A stretch of DNA of 63,721 nucleotides, counting the filler, from Atractiella rhizophila (taxonomy: Eukaryota), in NCBI GenBank assembly GCA_021432655.1. It is 5 parts of 5 records of this genome, joined end to end, with 100 filler letters (N's around TTAATTAATTAA, not from the genome) between each part and the next. Parts side by side here need not be neighbours in the genome. Positions count along the whole stretch, not along the records: positions 1 to 28,734 come from MU271432.1; positions 28,835 to 46,784 come from MU271441.1; 3 more parts are not named here. One strand, written 5' to 3'. Under the pieces are notes generated by a model. That model saw only the letters and a list, made by a program, of their open reading frames with translations. It made no database searches and was not told where the DNA came from. This document shows, piece by piece, positions 26,325 through 38,376 of this stretch. Position 1 is the stretch's first letter, and each line of letters opens with the position of its first letter. Position numbers and translations under genes: made by a program.

Positions 26325-28393
26325 CTACTCCAAATCTTCCATCTTCTGCCACTCCCACTCTTCCTGCTCTAATTCTCCTCTCTCGATCCTCTCCATCACA
26401 ATATCATTCGGTCTACAGATCTGTCCACATTCCGGACCCCTCGCTACCTCTCCGCAAAGGTCCACGAATCTCTCAACTCTCTTGGGGACCTTCCACGTCT
26501 CCCAGCCCCCCTCCCCATTGGCCCAGTTCCAATTAACGAGTCGGACCACACCTCTACCCGCGAATCCCCATTCTCCACCACTAATCTGCCAGTCTGCCGG
26601 ATCGACATAAGCGTCCACAGAAGCTGCCGGCCGTCCATCATGCCACCACCCGACCTGATCTTTCGTAAGGAGCAGAGAGACGAGGTGTTTGAACGAAACG
26701 ACGCCACGCATGTCTATTTCTACGATATCGGAGAGAAGGGAGAGCGAATCTAGGTCCGCTTCTGCATTGAGCGGGTAGGTAAGTGCGTTTCGGAGCAGGG
26801 TTGATTGTGCATGCTCGATGTATGACAGTTCGGTGATATTCACTTCACCAAGAACATCGGAAAGCTCGTGTAAGGGAAAGAGGGAGAAGGAGTATCGCAT
26901 CGCGTCCATTGGGTTCCCTACTTCTGGAGGATAGAGATCGGTCATGAATCCATGTGTAGGAGGGAGGAAGGAACGCCCCGAATAGTGAGCCGCCGCAAGT
27001 AGGATTTTCACTTGTTGTACGATTTGCTCGCGAGAACCGATGAATGATGGGGAGGTCAGGAGGAGTGGGGGAAGGGAGTAGCGAGCCGAAACATCTTGCC
27101 AGTAACCAGAAGAGCCAGCGACATAATCTTTCATGTTGTTGTCGTCTGCGCACCTAATGCCACCCGCTGTCAATTTTGGTGGATCCGATGAAAGAAAGAA
27201 ACGCGGGACAAACGTCATATGTAGATAGCAGAGCTCGGTGCTGTCGTACTGCATCCGGTCGAATTCGAAGTGGTAAGCTCGAAACTTTTCTTTCGGCAAT
27301 ACGTGCACTTTCACTGTTCCCGTCCGTGAAGGATTCATCAAGTCATCAGACAAAAGTGAAGTGACATACAACCAGTAGCAGAGATAAAATCCATTGTTGT
27401 ACTCCCACCGGCTCCTACTCTCAAACTAAAAGTATCTAAAAGGATGTTGATATTCCTTTGATCCCTTCCTTGCTCCTGCAAATCAATCTCCAGGACGCTC
27501 TCCCATAAAGCGACCGTTCCCTCGTTTGCCTTCATATGCAAGAATCCAGTGTTGACCTGTCGGTCTATCATCTCCTCCTGAATTTGTATGTCATAAGAAT
27601 CGAGGGAGCCCATGTGCGGATAAGGGTTTCGAGTGAAGTACACGTCAGAGTCAACAAAGAAGGCATCGCGGCCGGACGCCAAGATGTCAATCATGCCTGT
27701 TTCATTTTCAAAAAAATATCCAAGCGGGAGGAAAAAAAAAACACAAGAAGACAGAAAAGAGGACGAACCCTTCAATTTCGGCCAAGTGTGCTTCAATATC
27801 ATTTCTGGCTTTCCCTCTTCTCCGAACGCTCCAAATCCACCAAATGCAAACCAACCCCTCTCCTCAGCCCTGCACATGCATTCCTCATCCACGCAGAGCA
27901 CAATCAACCTTGTCTTCCTTTCTTCTTCAAAATTCAGCGTCCACCTAATGAAATGCTCTAGGTGTGCCGTTCCATGATCGATCCAGTATGAGTCCGCGAT
28001 GGTGAGCCAGAAATAGGGCTGTGGATACCTTGCAGGCCATAGTCGCTCGAGATAAGCTGGGAACGATTCCCCGGGACGAGAAGTAGTTAGGTGTTGGTCT
28101 GCTAAGGCTGGTGTTTTGGTTGAAGGTGAAGGTGAATAATGTCCAACACCTAGAGATAATGGAGGGTAGAAGGCGTCTTCCAGCGGCCCGTCTTGGGCTG
28201 TAGCTCCACGAGAAAAGATGCCAGAGAGGAAGTAGAAAAAGGGAAAGGCGAACAGTAGGAACATGAAGAAATAAAATGGTCGCCGTTTCTCGTGCGCATG
28301 GATAGAGGAGAATGAAGGATGGGATACTGAGACTGTGGGCAGCGAAATGGAGCGTGTTGTGCTTGCGAACAAGGATTTGAAGAGATCCATCAT
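26325..28393 (-). CDS. Type II membrane nucleotide-diphospho-sugar transferase (GT77/Nucleotid_trans-like), multi-exon
   Basis: N-terminal TM helix, LIVLCVD, TWPKL, FVDSDVYFTRNPY (DxD motif), VNTGFLHMK and DQ-x-x-x-N motifs. The start codon is approximate. Confidence 0.75.
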
Positions 28394-28734
28394 CCCATCC
28401 TCGAGTGCTGCGACTGACTGCGAGAAAATCAACTTTAGAAGGGATCCTTGGGAGAAAAAAGAGGCACACCTCATAAAAGCTGGCCTTCAGACGGAACGCC
28501 AAGAATCCAGCCCAATCTTCAAAGGCGCTTCGATGATGCTTTGACCCCAAATTTCCCCCAAGTCCGGTGGGCGCAAGGATAAAAGCTGGGCCCCATGCGA
28601 TGTCGTCGTGGTTTTGATGCCGAGGTTTGGATTGCCGCTGGTCCCTTCTTCGCAGTCGCTTTTGCCGGCGAAGTCAGGCGGCGCAGGGAGCAGGAGACGT
28701 TCTCTTATAATTCAGAGCACAGCATGAGAACGGG

Positions 28735-28834
28735 NNNNNNNNNNNNNNNNNNNNNNNNNNNNNNNNNNNNNNNNNNNNTTAATTAATTAANNNNNNNNNN
28801 NNNNNNNNNNNNNNNNNNNNNNNNNNNNNNNNNN
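28735..28834. other. Artificial contig linker (N44-TTAATTAATTAA-N44)
   Basis: Exactly 100 nt with a six-frame-stop 12-mer, identical at four places in the window. Confidence 0.97.
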
Positions 28835-29137
28835 ACCCACGCCTTGCTGTTTCACGTGCTCAATGCTTTCGTGCCCGAAAGGTTATTCACCTCCTTTCGC
28901 CGCATTCTACCACTTAGTTTTTGCGAAGGGGATGTCCCCGCCGTTGAGCAACCAAACGATTCCACTGCGCTAAAATCGAGTGTTCTGAGCGGCTGGATAT
29001 GCTGATCTCTAAAACGTCTCCTGCAGTCATTATTGCTCAGTAAGTGAGCCAGGGCCTTGCCTTCGGTACGTATGAAAGAGTAATCTCCAGAGTTATTGAA
29101 TATGATCGTTTCGTGAGATGACTGTTTCATTCACAAC

Positions 29138-29305
29138 CATCCCTTTTCGCACCGAAGCCGAACGAGAGGGCATAACCCTCCGAGCGAGGGACCGCAACCT
29201 TTCGTGCGAGAAAATAACCTTTCGCACGAAAGTAAGGGGCCACGATTATGAAGCGACTTCACAATTTCGCAACAGATTGGCTGCGTAATTTGTGCATCAT
29301 CGCAA
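29138..29305 (-). repeat. Left inverted terminus: 3-4 degenerate ATAACCTTTCGYRCGAG units plus flanking sequence
   Basis: Units cataaccctccgagcgag, caacctttcgtgcgag and ataacctttcgcacgaa, followed by attatgaagcgacttcacaattt. The right end carries the reverse-complement counterpart aaatctgtgaagtcagttcataat at ~42268-42291. Confidence 0.75.
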
Positions 29306-29567
29306 CACCCCAGGGAGGCGTTTCGAAGTTTCGAACACAGTAATCGATCGCCGCACCGCCATCAACCGATCGACTGAAGCTTTATGGTCAGCGCCGTCGT
29401 CGGCTTCAGCCCTTGAAAACTCTCTCGCCTCAGAGACGTTCACAAAAAGAAACTCGTTACTGTGGAGCTTTGAACCGCCTGAAAATACGTACAGTATTCG
29501 TTTGCTTGCGCTTTCCATCGAGTAGAATTGATGAGGTGCCCCAGGTAGATGCGTTGCGTTGGTTCTG

Positions 29568-31260
29568 ATGGCGACCATTCAATCCCTCTCTTCTGAACTG
29601 CTGCTCCAAATTTTTGACATCCTTGCTGATCATTGGATCGACGAACGAGGAGATTATATGCGGGATGGCGATGTGCGAGCCATCCGCTCCAACGCTCAAA
29701 TCAAACCTTGCTCGCTGGTTTGCAAACAATGGAGCAAACTCTCGCTTCCGTATGTTGATTGGCTACTCTTGCTTTCTGTGACGAATACGGACGGGATTGT
29801 TTCGTTCATGCACCAGTCAAAAACGCGCCATTCTCACATAAAGCATCTGTCTGTTAACTTTCCTGGGGAATCACAACACTCGACCAGAAACCAAACTGGG
29901 CGGCCTTGTGGGATGCTCTCCGCGAAGTTCTGGAGACTGTGGGTGGCCAACTCAAACGATGGACATCGTGTTGTGGGCTATGGACGGTCCCAGAGAAAGT
30001 CCCCCTCCTGAAGCTCGTCTTCGATTGCCATCGAATATCAGTCATCTCTGGGTGCGAACGAGTTCCGGTATGACCAACCCAGTCCTTCAAGATTGGTTCA
30101 CTGGGTTAGAAGAATGCACGGCGTTAAGGCATCTCGAATTACTAGATATTCACGCATCACAATCCTCCACAGCTTTGTTTACCGTTCGCAGCCTCGTCAT
30201 CAGCGCCGTTCTTCCTGCCGAGTCAGCTTTCTTTTCAGCATCGGCTACAACCCTCACGTCGCTTACAGCTTTCTGGTCGCACAGGTTTTGCAGCGAATCC
30301 TATCCCGCGTTCTGGCGCACATTCTTCCCGCTCCTCCACCTCGTCAAAGACACCCTCCGAGAACTAGATATGGACGGGAGTACTCAAGGCATCCCAATGT
30401 GCTATGACGAGGAAGATCAACTAGTCGCTCCCATCCTACCACGTTTGACGAAGCTTAAGCTCACCAGCGATTTCTTAGGGAACCTAGTCGATTCTTTCCC
30501 ACACCTCCGCCTCTCATCATGGTTGGTGCGATTGAAGCTAAAAGAGGTCCCAATAATGGCGGCCGCACAAGATGCCCAAGCTCAAGAGTTCCAATGTCAC
30601 TTTCGGCATTTGCAGAGATTGACCCTGCGTGGTAAAACTAAAGAGCTGACAGTCAAGCTCATGCAACCTTTGTTCAACCCTGTCTTGCATCCCCACACCC
30701 TCATGCGACTGGACACGGATTCGACCGCATTTGTGTCAGCAGCGGAGCTCAAGTCTTTCCTCCAGATCTCGCAACCTCGAATTCTCGACATTTTCCTTGA
30801 GAGTTCCTTCGAGACTTTGGACTTTCTCCTCACATCAGGTCACACAACTCCTGGCATCCAAGACATGCGCCTCTCAGGCAGTTTCTCTGATCCTAATTCA
30901 CGCTGGGGCGATTGTACTTTTGATTCTTCAACTTTCAGCCAAGGTTCGTGCGCCGCCAAAAGTCTCACGTCCCGATTTCAAGTTGCTTTGCGTTCGCGTC
31001 ACCACACGCCTTGTATAACCAACAATACCTACGTCGGCGACGGAGGATATGCACCGTTCATTACCTTTTTTTCCGCTGCAACTTGGACGGATCAGCTGGA
31101 AAACCTCACGTTTCAACATCTGTCCGATGGAGTTCCAACTATTTACTTGACCCGAAAACAATGGTCCAACTATGAAAGCTTGAAGGAGCAACTTGGGGCA
31201 AGGTTCATGGTCATAGGATTGGAGTTCTTCAAGGCGAATTGGACCGATGTTGATTTATGA
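29568..31260 (+). pseudogene. F-box-like protein with LRR-like C-terminal repeats; frame-disrupted (pseudogene or sequence errors)
   Basis: MATIQSLSSELLLQIF...CSLVCKQW is an F-box-like motif, followed by LRHLELL/LRELDM/LTKLKL/LQRLTL repeats. The frame shifts at GGGG 29865-29868 and AAA 29954-29956. Confidence 0.65.
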
Positions 31261-34019
31261 TCACGACGAATTATCCAGGTCAACATCTAATATGGTTGAA
31301 TATTATGGGAAAACGTCATGTAACGATGTGCGACCAACCTTAAGAATCGAATCATTGGTTAGCTTGTGGCATTTAAAATGTCATCATTCCTTGTTGATAG
31401 ATGCCTGTTGGACAAGAATGCCAGCTACAGTTCACGTGTCGGAACTGGCTGATATTATAGAAGGAACCGGCTTACCAGCCATGCGATATGGCGTTTCTTG
31501 GGAGGAAAGAAGTTGAAATAAGTCAATTTGGGAACTTGAACGAAGCACAGAGAAGATAAGTCTGCATGGCGCCGTGAATCGGCTGCTCACGTGTCCGTGG
31601 ATGGAAAGCGGTCATGTCGGAAAATGTTTCCTAGCGTGCACATGTCGGTACAGAAGCCAATGAATGAGGCAACTGCCTAGAGCTGTTTATGTAGGAATGA
31701 CTAAGAAAATGCGGAAAAGTCTGCCAGCTACCACAGTCGACCCACCGAGATCCAGGGAAGTACCTGAAGAATTTCTAGTACGACGCCACTTCAAAACAGA
31801 AAAAGTGAAATGCTCCGAGGATTATAAAAGCGGCTCATTGTTCCGTTTTGTGTCTCGATGGCCATTGACACCAGAGAGAAGACTGAGGTGACTAACGGAT
31901 AATTGTCCAGTAATGTGTGATACCGCGGTAACAAGAATAAAGGTCCCGAAGGTGATGCATCTTGAATACCTCTTCCAGAGAACAAGGTTGCAAGCGTATA
32001 GGGTGGTGTCACTGTGATACAAATACAATATATCATTCCCATTTATCAGTGTCGTGTTATTATGAGTCAGTTCTTTCGCAGTCTTCATTCTGTGACCTTT
32101 TCCCTCACACACAACCACCATCCTGTAGAGCTTGCCCTAAGCCTTGCTGCACTTGTGTGGGAGGTGAGTAAATGTTATTTCATTCATGTCAGCTGTACTT
32201 ACTGTAAACGCGCTTCCAAAGGTCCGCTTTTCTTCCCGAGCTGGACGCACCTTTCTATTCTACCACCCTCTTTCTCCTACGAACCTCGCCATGATCTTAG
32301 GGCTGCACCAACAGCCTGAACCGCTTGTTCTCAGCGTTTGTGAACTCTTTGAGTGTTTCAGGCGTGCTTGCTTCGTTTCCTCACACATCTCTATGCTATG
32401 TTAACTTATACTATGCAAACCATGTTTTAGAACCTGTATTTCGAGCTCACCGCCGCTAGCTGAGGCCTTGACAACCTCGCTTAGTCGCGTTATAGTGACG
32501 AAGAGCCACCTCGACGCAGATGAGCATCTTCAACTTGGTCAATTGCCCAATCAGAATTGTGACCTTGATATGGACTACACAATGGAAGCGAATGAATCTA
32601 CAACGTCGGCGACCGAGCAGGGCAGAGAGTTGGAGAACCATAAACCAATTTGTCTGCCCTCAGCCCAATATTTCAGCATTTTCCGCTTCTCATGACTTGG
32701 AACGAAAGGAGGTACTTCTGAGTTGTTAGCGAATGAATTTGAAGCATAGGTGATCGGCCATGAGTAAAGTCATAGATTGACCTCAGGCTAGGTTGAGACG
32801 AGCTTGGATGATACCCGTCCCTGCGAGAGAGATAAGAGGAAAATTGAAATAATGATGAGGTGAGTGACTTCAAGACACTCATTGGATGGGGGATCTGAGA
32901 ACGACAAGGTGAACGATTACGAGGCTCTGGAACGAACAGGATAGTCGGCGCGCCGGGCTTCCTTCCTGAGAGTGAGGACAAGGCGGAAACAGAGTAGGCA
33001 GTCCATCAGGGCTGATCCACCGAGCTGGACTGCGGTGCCGACGTTGATGTCATTCTTGGGCTGCTAGAAACTGAAGGAGACTGACTGGGAATCATAGCAT
33101 GGATCCATTGATCACCTTGTACTCGCGTTATCACTCTCCTTCACGCTGGACAGGACGCACGAGGCTTGGCGGCAGAAATGTACGCGGCTGCACGCTTTTT
33201 CTCAGATGACAAACGGGAAGAGAGAAATGGTTCACTGATGAGCGCCGCCGCATAATAGGTAGCAGAGAGACTGATAACCGCGACGAGAACTATGGAGTTA
33301 GCGCGTTTCGATCCAACACCGTTTCGAAGAACATGGATTCGACGTCCATACAAAAGATGGCATATAAGGGTAATCAGTGGAGCAGTCACGAACCTGAGAC
33401 GTGACATCAGACGGTAGGTGATGAACTGAGAGAAACAACTCGGACAAAACGGCTATGCCATGATCTGGCAGGCTATAATATTAAGATCAGCCGCTCTCTG
33501 GGCAGGAGATAGAAGGGAAGAAGGGCATACGCTATGAAATCCGACAGGGTGTGCAAGGCAGCGCCGCGAATCAACGCTTCGGACCATATAAGTTTCATGA
33601 CACTTAATCAGCCACAGTCAATATGTGAGGTTCATCTCTGGAAATGAGTAACTCACGAGTCAACCACGTCGACGAAGAGGAGAGCTGAGAGCTCAAGAGC
33701 AAGTATCTTTCTTGACTGTTCCGAATCATTTCGCTACAATTTGATTCTTCAGTACAAAACAGGGTAGGATGGTCTAGCGTACCGACTGGAGCATCTAAAA
33801 CAGTGATGAAACTGTCATGCTCGTGACAAAGCTGTGCAATTCCACAGAAGGGGACAGACCTGAGAGACAGAAGGAAAGGACGACAGAGACGACGACGGGA
33901 CGGACAACTTCGCCATAAAGCTTAGGTGTGAACATCTGGGCATCAGGTGATGATGGTGCAATCTCGATCTCACAACCGATTGTTGTTTGAGTACGAAGCG
34001 TTTCCATCAGCAGTTTCTG

Positions 34020-34245
34020 AGCAGTGACTATGGCGCAATGGGCGCTATGATAGCTCGTAGGGATTTTGTCACCTGGGCTCTATAGTAGAGCCCTTGCCGT
34101 CGTATTATAGTCCTATATCCTATGCACTATAGCGCAATGGCGCAATGGCACTATGCCCTATGTTGTTACCACACAATGCCCTATGCTCAATTGAGCTATC
34201 ATGCTATAACGTCCTCTTCACTATGGTTCCTAAGGTCCCTATGTG
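34020..34245. repeat. CTAT/GCGCAATGG-rich short-repeat array with internal inverted repeat
   Basis: More than ten CTAT motifs and three GCGCAATGG copies. ATGATAGCTC (34047-34056) pairs with GAGCTATCAT (34193-34202). Confidence 0.7.
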
Positions 34246-34353
34246 TCGCCGCGCTTGCCTTTCCATCGTGAAATCCATAACAGGAGTATTAATTGTAGAA
34301 TTATAACACAAAATATCTCGTTTGTCCCTATACTTTAGTCTTCCCTACGTGCA

Positions 34354-37300
34354 CTATCCGATATTTTTCAGCCCTTCTGCTACTTCTATCGTCCCACTCT
34401 CCATTCTATCCAGCACATCTTGGGCCAACATATCATTTGGCCACAGGCGCCCGATTCGCACCGTTCCGTAGTCGATCATGTCTGCATCCCCTGCAATCCG
34501 TTCCATTTCCTCCATCTGATCTAGCTCGAGATCCAAATCGTATTCAGGAACTCTGGCCAGCTCGTCGAGGAGTGACGGATCAATGAAGCTAGGCTCGGTG
34601 GTGGCTCGCGAAGGCAGGCCAAGACAGCTTGCGAGATCGTCAGCATCCTTCGCAGCAGCTTTCATATGAGAGATAGGAGGTTTTATTTGGAGAGCTGAAG
34701 ACTTCACTGAAGGACCTCGTCCACCTATAACACCTTAAGCATGCTAAAGACGCTTGAGCAGTACTTTACTAGCAGCTCTGCAGATAGTGCGCAAGGTCTC
34801 TGTTGAGAGCTGGTCCGTCCGCCGAAAAAATGCTTTGTAAACGCTGCTGTAAGCTTCAGGAGTGAATTGAACCTTCGCTGCAGCTTCCTTTGCTTTTCGA
34901 GAGCTCCTTTTAGTGCCCAACACCTCGTAGAACCTCATCTCCCGGCTGAACTCGTGCCACACCTGCCCCCGCTCATGTCAGTGCATTACCAGACGGAGTA
35001 TGCAAGACACACTGCAGTTCCCACCAAAGCCAAAGTTGATGGAGGAAGATAATCGTCAAAGTTCATACAATCAGCAATGGCATCGGACCAAGCGGGAGGA
35101 TTGAAGATGGCTTTGTGGATCATTTCAATGAAGGCAGGGGAAAGGAATGGCTCGGAAAGCTGGGAAGGAATTCGGTTAGCACCAGTTATTAATACAGCCC
35201 GAAGATAATACCTTGTCTGGTGTGATGTTGGGGTAGTTCTCTAAGTCTGCATCACCATAGTGGAACCTCAACCTCCACCACTCAAACAACCTGTACATAT
35301 CATCTGCATCATCAGCCGCATCATCATTGTCGTAACCAGCAGGAATCTTCCACAAATCACGGGTATGCTGTTTGGCGGTACGAGCAAAATGCCCTTCATA
35401 GGCACTTACCCATGACATCAGCTTGTAGCCTCTTGTAAGCCAGGTTCTGCTGGAAGTAGATAACACGTACATGTCGGATTTGTTCCTCATCGAGCCCCAC
35501 CTCTCCTCGCAAAGCCTTAAATGCTTCTATGGTGCGCACACGTTCCATGTTGGAAGAAATGAATGGATCTTCAAGAAGAATAGTTAGCCGCATCTGCCTC
35601 TGCAACTCTTTGAGAATGTGTTGGGATTGTGGTGTCCATTCTGAGACCTATAGTTAGACGAGAAAGGAAGGTAGATGGACACACCATTCATCTTCATGCG
35701 TGGCTTCCTTTTCTTCCTCTTCTTATCATCTTCACATTCCGAACTGCCCTCCAAACTTTGCCTTCTTTTTCTCATTGCGGAAGTGGCACGTTTATATGCA
35801 ATTGGAATGGATGGCGTAGAGGGCAAGCTGGAATTTGGAGCTGAGACGGCTGCCTTCACGTTGCGCACTGTAGTGATAAAAGAGCGTGAAGGTGGTTGGG
35901 GAGTCGGTGTACGAAGAGCCTGGGTATGACTCGTAGCCAGCAACATTCTAGCCGCTGAAGCAGCAGAAGCGCCGACATTGGATATCACATCAGTAGATCG
36001 ACAAAGATGGTGCTGTGAAGGTGGAGGTACATGGTTAATGGGATGGAATGGAGATGATGTGGGGACTTGGAACGTGCTGGCAGCCCAGTTGAGATCACGT
36101 TCCTCCTCTCCACTGCAAATTATGAGTCGCTGCTAGAGAAACAAAAGAAAGACATACTTCAGTTGTGCGATGGCTGACTTTGCATGCAACTCCTTTGCAT
36201 AAATGACATCCACAGATACTGTTCCGGCAATTCCTGCTGGTGGATGAAAACTGATCCCTAGTATCCTGCCAAATGGTGAGCATGCTGCCTGTGCCAATGT
36301 CAACACAATCCAAGTACTTTATGAGAACAAACACACCCTGACGTCGTCCTCATTGACTCCATCCGAAATATTGGCGATTCTGAGCACCCAAGGAACTTCA
36401 ACATCCTTGGTGGAGTCAGAGGCTGCAGCAGGTCCAGCATGCATATGAAGATGCGAGAATCGGTTAGGGTTGATGAGGATGCCAGCAGTATCTGAGTCAG
36501 GATCTGTTGATCGCTTGAAAATCCTATACGCATTTCGAGGTTCACGAGGCTGGGAGGAGAATGTAACATTGTACCGCATATCGCCTAGTTGATCGTTGAT
36601 GATGGATTGGGAAACAGAATCAGCCTCATCCTCGATTGGGACATTGTGAGTGTTTTCTGGCGAGGAGACAATCTACGGATGAAGTGAGCTGCAAAATAGT
36701 GAGATGAGAAGGGATACAGACAAATTTTGCTCTCAGTCCGGCAATGGTGTCAATAGCTTTCGCTCTTTTCATTTTCCGTAAAGCAGCCTCCTCCTGCTTC
36801 TCATTTTCTCTATCAGCTTGTCAGAAGGGATAAGACGGGGGTTACCTTCTTCTCTTTAGCAGCATCAATAGTTTTAGCACTAGTGCCAGTCTTTCGGTAT
36901 TTCTTCTATTCGGCATTCATCAACGAAGCTAACTGATGAAGAAGGAACTTACATTGCTCTGCTTTGGCTGAGCAGTCCGTCCTTTTGGCTTAGGGCCTTT
37001 GCTGTCAGAAAGCTGAAATTATTGTAAGCCAGAAATAACTGAGGATGAAAGAATGCGTACAAAGCCAGGATCTTCGCTGTCACTGCTATGACCATGCATG
37101 GTCTCAACGCGAGGGTTATCAGCTTCATCGCTACTGTCAATGCTCTGTTCTGTATCTTCTTGATCCATGAAATCTGCACCTCATTCAATCACAATGCGGA
37201 GCTGATTGACAAATGCAACTTACTAAGAACCTTCCCTCTCGTTTCGTAACGCTTAGCGACCGTCCCACATTCTGCAGCATTCTTTAATCGATCCTCTGCC

Positions 37301-38199
37301 ACCTGATCTCCTTCGGGAGGCCCTTTCCTACCTCTCTTGCTAACTGAGGCCGAAAAGTGTTCCAAGTGTTGTGAAAGGGGCGACATGAGAGGCTGGATAG
37401 TAGGTAGGGATGAGGAAGAATTGTGCAGACTACTTAGCAAGGGATTGACTGAGGTTGTATTCTTCCCTTCGCCCTGAGTGTTGCTGCATGTGGTTGTATT
37501 CGATGAATTGTCTCCATTGTCCGCATCGAGCTCAATCACTCCACCTATCTCCCAGTCCGGCACACTCCTCCCTCTGCCCCTCTTTCTACTCAGTCCTCTC
37601 CCCTTTGCTCTTCCCCTCCCACGTCCACGACTTACTGGCTCACTGTACGGCCCGACCTGCCTCTCCACCACCACTCCATCAGATCCAACTGTATTCTGTC
37701 CATAGATGTCCCTTGACTGATCCGCGGCCTTTAGCGGTCTTGCCGTGAGTACTGAGGCTCGTGCAGTAGCAAGAGGGTCCTGTTCTAGTTCGACAGGCTC
37801 TTCAATCGGTCGTAAGTTACGCCGAGAACCAATCTCCCTTGCCTCGAGATCACGGATTGACTTCGTTTTCGTCTTTCGGTCAATTGTCTTGCGAGGTGGC
37901 AGGATGAGCTTGACTTTGCATGGCCTGCATCGAGAGGCAGCGGGGTCAACTGCCGGAACAATCGTGTCACCAGGTTCTCCTGGAGGGAGCAGGGAGGACA
38001 GGGTCATTGCCCCCCTTTGCTCATCTGTCAAGAGGGTGACAAGGCGATTGCAGAAGCCGTCTTCAGCAAAGGAGCTATTCTGACAAAGAGTATCAGGAGG
38101 AGGGAAGCGAGTCTGGGGATCTTCCGCCCTGTTAGCGAGATTCCTTGGAGACGATGGAGGTGGTGGAGACCGTTGTTTTGTAGACCGTTTTGGAGGCAT
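34354..38199 (-). CDS. Large multi-exon protein with disordered N-terminus and DUF6532-like C-terminal domain (transposase partner); exon joins tentative
   Basis: Starts MPPKRSTKQR, with RG-rich, acidic and Cys-cluster (CRNSICGCHLC) exons. The C-terminal exons EPFLSPAFIEMIHKAIF...FDDYLPPSTLALVGTA...FTPEAYSSVY fit my recollection of the DUF6532 pattern. Confidence 0.55.
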
Positions 38200-38376
38200 T
38201 ATATCTCGAAAGTGAGGCTGAAAAGTTTTAAGATACTGAACTTGGTCGTAAAAATTTAGAAGCTTCTCAAGAAAAGAGAGGCACAAACCTGAGCAAACTG
38301 GAAAACAAGCGACTTCCTCCCTCTCTTGCAATTTTGTCCTCAATCTCCACTGACATCAGCTTCACCTTCGATATAC

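Noticed and set aside
28735..28834. Recurring TTAATTAATTAA palindrome between N runs
   Set aside because: An identical 100-nt construct at four sites; it is an assembly linker, not biology.
31547..31575. U6-like words ACAGAGAAGATAAG...GCATGGC
   Set aside because: The similarity is short and interrupted, with no U6 5' stem, 3' region or poly-T terminator.
32456..33407. Short ORFs inside the element that might be further cargo
   Set aside because: They could not be joined into a coherent gene or assigned to a family.
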